From assembly GCA_037443025.1 (NCBI GenBank), contig JBBIPD010000001.1:1-39022 (forward strand): a DNA stretch of 39,022 bases. Reading direction: 5' to 3'. Below are positions 33,581 through 39,022 of the stretch, one piece after another; the stretch's first letter is position 1; every line of letters begins with the position of its first letter. The notes under the pieces were generated by a model. The model ran no database searches. It was not told the DNA's origin and saw nothing but the letters and a program-made list of their open reading frames with translations. Source of the stretch: Chloroflexota bacterium. GTDB lineage: Bacteria; Chloroflexota; Anaerolineae; Anaerolineales; UBA4823. A program made the translations under genes and the position numbers.

Positions 33581-33704
33581 GCGTCGAATTCATTCGACGC
33601 CTGGCAGGGTGAAACCCGATGCGCCAACGCATAAAAGCGGGTTGGGGTGAATAACCGGCTTTAGCCGGTTTCAGGGTGCCAGCCGCCGGTTTCAACCGGC
33701 GGCT
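33579..33704. repeat. Cluster of REP-like hairpins
   Basis: Three perfect hairpins: AGGCGTCGAAT tc ATTCGACGCCT (33579-33602, overlapping the TAG stop), AACCGGCT tt AGCCGGTT (33653-33670) and AGCCGCCGGTT tc AACCGGCGGCT (33681-33704). All arms are perfect. Related elements lie at 3387-3406, about 3716-3736 and 3774-3791. Confidence 0.7.
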
Positions 33705-33718
33705 TATGGAGGTGACTT

Positions 33719-34279
33719 ATGCCAACAGCCATGATTATCAGCCCCCACGCCGACGACGCCGCGGCGTTCTGCGGGGCGACCATCGCCAAATTCGCCGACC
33801 AGGGTTGGGAGATTATTTTGGCGCGGGTCACGGACGACCGCAAGGACTCGGTCGGGCTGAGCATCGAGGAGACCATCGCCCGCAACACGGCGGAGTTGCA
33901 TCGGGCGGCAGCCATCCTCGGCGTGCGCCAGGTGGTGGAATTGGGCTTCGAGACCGACACGCTGGCGGATATCCCCCTGGGAAAACTGCGCGAGCGCATC
34001 GTCTATCTGTTCCGCAAGTACCAGCCCTACGCCGTTTTCACCTTCGACCCTTTCGGGCTGTATGAGAACAACCAGGACCACCTGCGCGTGGCGCAGGCGG
34101 TGGACGAAGCCTTCTGGGTGGCGTGTTTCGACAAGCACTACCCGGAGCATTTTGCCGAGGGGCTGGCGCCGTTTTCGGTGTGCGAGCGCTGGTACTTCGC
34201 CCGCCAGTTGCCCAAAGCGACCCACTACGAAGAGGTCTCGAAGACCATCGAGAGAAAAATCGAGGCGTTGTGCGCCTAG
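33719..34279 (+). CDS. PIG-L/LmbE-family N-acetylglucosaminyl deacetylase, ends at an in-frame TAG (186 aa as written)
   Basis: MIISPHADDAAAFCGATIA and ILARVTDD are present. GGAGG SD. The ORF stops where the paralog at 36433-37179 has Tyr, and the downstream ORF is in the same frame. Confidence 0.8.
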   Translation: MPTAMIISPHADDAAAFCGATIAKFADQGWEIILARVTDDRKDSVGLSIEETIARNTAELHRAAAILGVRQVVELGFETDTLADIPLGKLRERIVYLFRKYQPYAVFTFDPFGLYENNQDHLRVAQAVDEAFWVACFDKHYPEHFAEGLAPFSVCERWYFARQLPKATHYEEVSKTIERKIEALCA

Positions 34280-34285
34280 CGCGAG

Positions 34286-35074
34286 ATGATGCGCAACACC
34301 ATCAACCAGTACCGCCTGCAGCTCAAAACCTGGGGCAGGCGCGTACCCTGGCTGGATGAATCCATGGAGGGCGACCTGCGCCCGCTGCTGGCGATGTTCC
34401 TGCAGGAGCAAGCCAAAGCCCTGGCAATTGAAGCCGGTTGGGATAGCGAGACCTGCCTGGCGGAGGCGTTCCGCCTGGAGCGCTTTGGCGACCTGGAACC
34501 TCTCTTCCAGATGCTGGCGGAGCCGCTGGAAGGCGCCGAGCCAGCCCCTGAGCGCCCCGAGTTGGACCAGAGCCACGCCTCGCCCTGGGATGAGGCGCAG
34601 CTCCAGCAGATCATCCCCCAGGATATCGCCGAGCGCGTGCGCCTGATGGGGCATCACCATCTGTGCGCCGGGGCGTTCGAGCAGTTGATTGCCCAGCCCA
34701 CCTTCCGCCTGGGTTACGCCAGCCTGGTGGAACACTTCAACCCCAACCCCGATTTGATCATCGAAAGCATCTACGGTTACGACCTGTTTTGCTACCAGTG
34801 CGGCTATTGGTCGGAGGAGGAAGGGCGTTGCTCGACCGGTTGGAAGAACAAGATCACCAAAGACGCCACCGTCCTTAAACACCTGGGGCTGAAACCCGGC
34901 GACCAGACCCGCCTGGAGGACCTGCAGCGCCTGCTGGCGGAGAAAGTCCCCTATGAAAAGCTGGAATACTTCTGCGGACCCGGCGGCGAGTGGAAGTGCG
35001 AGTTCTACGCCCTGGGCGTCTGCCAGAAAGCCTATGCAGACCTGCGCCAAAAGTTCGGCATTGCATCCCGGTAA
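34286..35074 (+). CDS. Hypothetical Cys/His-rich protein, C-terminal part reminiscent of DUF1284; probably the continuation of the PIG-L ORF (262 aa)
   Basis: It is in the same reading frame as 33719-34279, separated only by TAG plus 2 codons. Motifs are MGHHHLCAGAFEQL, CYQCGYWSEEEGRC and YFCGPGGEWKCEFYALGVC. The DUF1284 resemblance is from memory. Confidence 0.55.
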   Translation: MMRNTINQYRLQLKTWGRRVPWLDESMEGDLRPLLAMFLQEQAKALAIEAGWDSETCLAEAFRLERFGDLEPLFQMLAEPLEGAEPAPERPELDQSHASPWDEAQLQQIIPQDIAERVRLMGHHHLCAGAFEQLIAQPTFRLGYASLVEHFNPNPDLIIESIYGYDLFCYQCGYWSEEEGRCSTGWKNKITKDATVLKHLGLKPGDQTRLEDLQRLLAEKVPYEKLEYFCGPGGEWKCEFYALGVCQKAYADLRQKFGIASR

Positions 35075-35079
35075 GCACA

Positions 35080-36405
35080 ATGAAGGGCGTCATGGAATCT
35101 ACCAGGAAAAAAGGCGGGGGGCGCATCCTGACCGCCCTCGGCTTTGGGTTCTTCATCGACTCCGCCGAAGATGTGGCTTTGCCCATGCTCTGGCCCGCCG
35201 TGCGCGCCGCCCTCGGGCTGTCCTATGCTCAATTGGGCTACATTGACAGCATCCGCGTCATTTTCCAGACCTTCAGCGGACCCTTTTGGGGTATGCTGGC
35301 AGACCGTTACAACCGCAAATGGATTTTGGTCATCGGCACGGGAGTCTGGGGGTTGTGGACTTCTGTCTGCGGCTTGGTGACCGATTACTGGCAGTTGCTC
35401 ATCATCCGGGTCATCGCCTGCATCGGGTTGGGCTGCCTGTACCCTGCCGCCTTCAGCATCCTGGCGGATTCGTTCGGTCCAAAAAAGCGCGGGCGCGCCA
35501 TGGGCGCCATCAGCGCCATCGGCATGTTCGGCATCGTCGCCGGGGCGTTGGCGTTTGGGGCTGTGGTTGGCGTCTCCGAGAACGGCTGGCGCATCGGCTT
35601 CATCGGTCTGGGCTTGACCAGCGTCCTCTCCGGCTTGGTGATCGCTCTCCTGGTCAGGGAGCCGGTGCGCGGCGCGGCGGAGCCTGAGCTGGAGAGCATC
35701 ATCACAGACGAAGCCGCCGCCCGCTTCCGCTTCGATTTGAAAGGCGTGCGCGAGCTGCTTGGGGTCAAGACGGTGCTGGTGAACTTCCTCCAGGGCGTTT
35801 TCATGCTGACCACCATCAACGCCCTGGCGACTTTTTACGTCACCTGGCTGGTGGACGACCGCGGCTTTTCAGAATCGGATGCGCCGCTGTTTTTCGGGGG
35901 CGTGGTGATTGCCCTGGCGGTGGGCAATTTCGTGGGCGGCGTGGTTGGGGATAAGGCGTTTCAACGCTCGCCCAAATACGGGCGCGCCGTGGTCTCGCAA
36001 ATCTCGATTGCCATCGCCCTGCCCGCGATGTGGTACCTGTTCAGCCGGGCGACCACCACCCCGGAGATTGTAATCTGCTCGCTCCTGGCAGGCTTCTTCC
36101 TGGATTGGACCCGGCGCGGCGCGATGCAGCCCATGGTGCAGAGCGCCGTCCGACCGGAGCTGCGCAGCACCGCCATGGCGCTCACCGAATTCGTCAACGG
36201 CGCCTTCGCCTCGCTGGTCATCATCCTGTTTGGCAATTTTGCCAACCGCTACGGTCTCTCCAGCACGCTGCTCATCCTGACCTGCGGCTTTTGGACGCTT
36301 GCCTTCCTGGTGACGCCCCTGTACTATCGGGTGTTCCCGCCCGATTCAGCCCGCCTGCGCGCCCAGATGCAGGAACGGCGCGAGATCATTGTGGGAGCGC
36401 CGTGA
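35080..36405 (+). CDS. MFS transporter (441 aa)
   Basis: It has 12 predicted hydrophobic segments. FWGMLADRYNRKWIL is the MFS loop 2-3 motif. The start is ATG 35080 or 35092 (track start 34990 overlaps the upstream gene). Confidence 0.85.
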   Translation: MKGVMESTRKKGGGRILTALGFGFFIDSAEDVALPMLWPAVRAALGLSYAQLGYIDSIRVIFQTFSGPFWGMLADRYNRKWILVIGTGVWGLWTSVCGLVTDYWQLLIIRVIACIGLGCLYPAAFSILADSFGPKKRGRAMGAISAIGMFGIVAGALAFGAVVGVSENGWRIGFIGLGLTSVLSGLVIALLVREPVRGAAEPELESIITDEAAARFRFDLKGVRELLGVKTVLVNFLQGVFMLTTINALATFYVTWLVDDRGFSESDAPLFFGGVVIALAVGNFVGGVVGDKAFQRSPKYGRAVVSQISIAIALPAMWYLFSRATTTPEIVICSLLAGFFLDWTRRGAMQPMVQSAVRPELRSTAMALTEFVNGAFASLVIILFGNFANRYGLSSTLLILTCGFWTLAFLVTPLYYRVFPPDSARLRAQMQERREIIVGAP

Positions 36406-36432
36406 ACCCACCCTATCCAAGCGAGGTTGCCC

Positions 36433-37179
36433 ATGACCCTTGAGTCCATCCTTCCCATTCCCGATATCTTTTTCGCAAAGCGTCTCCTCTGCGTCCAGCC
36501 GCATTACGACGACAACGACATCGCCGCCGGCGGGACAATCGCCCTGCTCAAAAAAGCCGGGGCTGAAATCATCTACCTGACCGTGACCGACGACCTGATG
36601 GGGGTGGTGGATAGTTCGCTCTCCCCCGAAGAGGCTGCCAGAGCGCTGGAGCGCGATCAGCTCGCCGCGGGGTCAATCATCGGCGTGGATCGGCAAATCT
36701 CCCTGGGCTACCCGGACGCCGGCGATTATGACTACTTTGCCCTGCGCCGGGATATGCTCAAATACATCCGCCTGCTCAAACCAGATGTGATCTTCACCCC
36801 AGACCCCTGGCTGACCTACGAAGCGCACCGCGACCACATCCAGACCGGCTTGGCGGTGGCGGAGGCGGTCATTTTTCTGGGGCTGCCTAAAATCGCCTCC
36901 AGCGACCCGGCGGTGGACGCCGCCTATGCCGGGCACAATCTTCAGGGCGTCGCCTTCTACTATACGCGTGAGCCCAACCAGGTCATAGACGTTTCCTCCG
37001 TCTGGGAGACGAAGGTCGCCGCCCTGCGCTGTTACCAGGCGCAATTCAACCCGCAGGGGATGGAGGAGCTGCTCTACGCGCTGGACATGAAATCGCGCCA
37101 GGCGGCGGCGGGCAAGCCTTTTGAGCGCGGCGAGCCGCTGAAAGCATTGCACCCGGCGGCTTTGCACTGTGGACTCTGA
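36433..37179 (+). CDS. PIG-L/LmbE-family deacetylase (248 aa)
   Basis: LLCVQPHYDDNDIAAGGTIA, YLTVTDD, HRDH and KVAALRCYQAQF are present. ATG 36433 is preferred over TTG 36427. Confidence 0.85.
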   Translation: MTLESILPIPDIFFAKRLLCVQPHYDDNDIAAGGTIALLKKAGAEIIYLTVTDDLMGVVDSSLSPEEAARALERDQLAAGSIIGVDRQISLGYPDAGDYDYFALRRDMLKYIRLLKPDVIFTPDPWLTYEAHRDHIQTGLAVAEAVIFLGLPKIASSDPAVDAAYAGHNLQGVAFYYTREPNQVIDVSSVWETKVAALRCYQAQFNPQGMEELLYALDMKSRQAAAGKPFERGEPLKALHPAALHCGL

Positions 37180-37221
37180 GCCGCCCCCTATCCGCGCTAT
37201 CAAGCGCAGGAGGAGAACCCA

Positions 37222-38577
37222 ATGACAGAAACCGCATTGACATTCGAGACCAGCACCAAAACGCGCCTGCGCTATTCGCTGATGAGCCTGGGAGTCGCCA
37301 CACCCGCCGAGGCAATCGCCGGGGTGATGGCGTTCTACATCGTGGACGTGAAGAACCTGCCCGCCGAGTGGTTTGCCGTCTTCTGGTTCGGATACACCAT
37401 CTACAACGCCCTCAACAACCCCGCTCTGGGCTACCTCTCCGACCGCACCCGCTCGCGCTGGGGCAGGCGCATCCCATACGTCCTGTTCGGCGGGCTGCCC
37501 TACGCGGTGATGTTTGCCCTGCTCTTCACCGCCCCCTTCGATGGCAGGGATAACCCGCTGGGCTTGCTCATCTACTTCGGGACAGTCATCGTCATCTGGG
37601 AAGGTCTCTACACTGCCATCGCCACCGGCTTTTATGGGCTGCTGCCGGAGATGTTCAGCGATTACCGCGAGCGAACGGACGTCGCCGCCAAGATGAATAT
37701 CTTCCAGACCATCGCCCTGGTGCTGGGCGCCGCTCTGCCGCCCATGCTGGCGGAGATGTTCGGCTGGTCTGGCATGGCGACCATTCTTGCGGTCATCTCG
37801 GTTATCGCCATTTACACCGGCTATCCGGCGCTCTTCGAGCGACCTGACCTGAAGAACGACGCCAGCTTTCCCTTCGGCAAGGCGCTTAAGTACACTTTCA
37901 TGAACCGTAGTTACCTGACCGCCGCCGGGGCGCAGGCGATGCGCTTCTTTGCCACCGGCGTCTTGCAGATGGGCATCTTGTTTTACCTCAAATACAGCCT
38001 GAAGGTGGATGAAAGCCTGGCAACCGTCATCCTGGGCGTCGCTTTCCTGGTCGCCATGCTCTCGCTCTACCCCTGGCGCAACTGGGTGGCGAATAAGCTG
38101 GATTCGCGCCGCACGCTGATGCTGGCGAATGCAGTGATGATATTGGGGATTGTGCCGATGGGCTTCTCGCCCAACATCCTCTTCACCTACGCCGCGGCGG
38201 TGGTGCTGGGGATTGGGCTGGGCGGGTTGGTGCTCATCGGCGATGTGATTATCGCCGAAGTGGTAGATGAGGATGAAGTCAAAACAGGTCACCAGCGCGC
38301 CGGGATGTACTTTGGCATGAGCGGCTTTCTCATCACCTTGAGCGGGCTGCTGGTCTCCTCGGTGTTCGGGCTGATCATGCCCGCCTTTGGCTACGACACC
38401 CTGCTCGAGGTCCAACCCGCCAGCGTGGACCTGGGCTTCCGCATCTTCCTCACCGTCCCCACCAGCATCGGCTTCCTGTTTGCCATCTTTCTGCTGTGGC
38501 TGTACCCCCTGCACGGCAGGCGCTTGCGGGAGATTAAAGAGAGGCTGGATGCGAAGAAAGGGGCTTTTTCGACCTGA
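37222..38577 (+). CDS. Glycoside-pentoside-hexuronide (GPH):cation symporter family transporter (MelB-like), 451 aa
   Basis: LGYLSDRTRSRWGRRIPYVLFG is the GPH signature D-x-T-x-S-R-x-G-R-R-x-P. It has 12 hydrophobic segments. Confidence 0.88.
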   Translation: MTETALTFETSTKTRLRYSLMSLGVATPAEAIAGVMAFYIVDVKNLPAEWFAVFWFGYTIYNALNNPALGYLSDRTRSRWGRRIPYVLFGGLPYAVMFALLFTAPFDGRDNPLGLLIYFGTVIVIWEGLYTAIATGFYGLLPEMFSDYRERTDVAAKMNIFQTIALVLGAALPPMLAEMFGWSGMATILAVISVIAIYTGYPALFERPDLKNDASFPFGKALKYTFMNRSYLTAAGAQAMRFFATGVLQMGILFYLKYSLKVDESLATVILGVAFLVAMLSLYPWRNWVANKLDSRRTLMLANAVMILGIVPMGFSPNILFTYAAAVVLGIGLGGLVLIGDVIIAEVVDEDEVKTGHQRAGMYFGMSGFLITLSGLLVSSVFGLIMPAFGYDTLLEVQPASVDLGFRIFLTVPTSIGFLFAIFLLWLYPLHGRRLREIKERLDAKKGAFST

Positions 38578-38629
38578 CGCTCTGCCCCGGCAGCGGGGGA
38601 GGGCTGGGGCGGGGGTAGATGGAGGTCGC

Positions 38630-39022
38630 ATGAGGTACTTTCTCGGCGTTGATGTTGGCTCCTCCAAAACCGATGCCATGATCGCCTGCGAAGTGGGGCG
38701 CTGCCTGGGTTATGGCAAATCTTCGGGCGGCAACCACCAGACTGTGGGCTACGAGGGTCTGCAGCGCGCCCTGCAGGAGGCGTTCGGTCGGGCGTTGGAA
38801 ATGTCTGCCATACAGCCGGGGCAGATCGCCGGAGCCGGTTTTGGCGTGGCGGGTTATGATTTTCCATCCGAGCGTCAGGCGCACCTCGGGGCGATTGCCG
38901 CCCTGGGCTTGTCTTGCCCGCTCGAGGTGGTCAACGACGCAGTGGTTGGCTTGCTGGCGGGCGCCACGCGGGGGGTGGGGGTGAACCTCGCCGCCGGTTC
39001 GGGGGTGAACTGCCGCGGGCGG
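38630..39022 (+). CDS. BadF/BadG/BcrA/BcrD-type ATPase (N-acetylglucosamine-kinase-like), 5' partial, continues past the window end
   Basis: Not in the supplied track because it has no stop. GGAGG lies at 38621-38625 and ATG at 38630. My translation is MRYFLGVDVGSSKTDAMIA...GAGFGVAGYD...VVNDAVVGLLAG...NLAAGSGVNCRG, open to the last base (131 codons). Confidence 0.75.
   Translation, partial: MRYFLGVDVGSSKTDAMIACEVGRCLGYGKSSGGNHQTVGYEGLQRALQEAFGRALEMSAIQPGQIAGAGFGVAGYDFPSERQAHLGAIAALGLSCPLEVVNDAVVGLLAGATRGVGVNLAAGSGVNCRGR

Noticed and set aside
31444-35080. Minus-strand ORFs 31444-32598 (384 aa), 32384-33421 (345 aa) and 33704-35080 (458 aa).
   Set aside because: They are antisense to the Fe-ADH-like, Gfo/Idh/MocA and PIG-L/DUF1284-like genes. 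They are G/A/R/L/Q/V-rich and carry no motifs.
36673-38679. 668-aa minus-strand ORF antisense to the PIG-L and GPH symporter genes.
   Set aside because: This is the longest ORF in that region, but it is featureless (G/A/R/Q/H-rich). The plus strand carries the canonical GPH signature and 12 TM segments.

Overview
High-GC bacterial DNA. The taxon cannot be fixed from sequence alone; the Thermus-like type I-E repeat, lipoprotein-type solute-binding proteins and dense intergenic hairpins would fit a Chloroflexota- or Deinococcota-like organism, but this is unverified.

Left to right:
1. 1-303: distal end of a type I-E-like CRISPR array (5 repeats). No cas genes lie in the window.
2. 401-2079: a cupin gene and an FAD-dependent oxidoreductase.
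3. 2095-5165: a plasmid/phage-like module. It holds a P22-antirepressor-like gene, parA and a translationally coupled ribbon-helix-helix gene, punctuated by 11 copies of a GGGTCTACCC motif.
4. 5224-6155: a truncated MNT-type nucleotidyltransferase fused by an ATGA overlap to a dienelactone hydrolase.
5. 6510-13036: a tightly packed nine-gene plus-strand operon. Six ORFan proteins (acidic-repeat, beta-sandwich-like, very Cys-rich, HhH-tailed, small helical) surround a polyprenyl diphosphate synthase, a CrtC/tocopherol-cyclase-like protein and an SCP2-like lipid binder. This is my best candidate for an undescribed system.
6. 13064-19233: a minus-strand GntR-controlled sugar operon (binding protein, two permeases, ROK kinase, SIS isomerase/deaminase).
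7. About 19240-24047: a visibly AT-rich island with a coiled-coil membrane protein, a LuxR-type response regulator, a multi-TM GAF histidine kinase and an IS1-like zinc-ribbon remnant.
8. 24048-39022: a long plus-strand carbohydrate/amino-sugar locus. It contains a GH1 beta-glucosidase, a class III aminotransferase, a complete ABC importer, an Fe-ADH/G1PDH-like enzyme, a Gfo/Idh/MocA oxidoreductase, two PIG-L deacetylases (one split by an in-frame TAG), an MFS transporter, a GPH symporter and a BadF-type sugar kinase cut by the window edge.

Many long antisense ORFs in the supplied track are high-GC shadow ORFs and were rejected.
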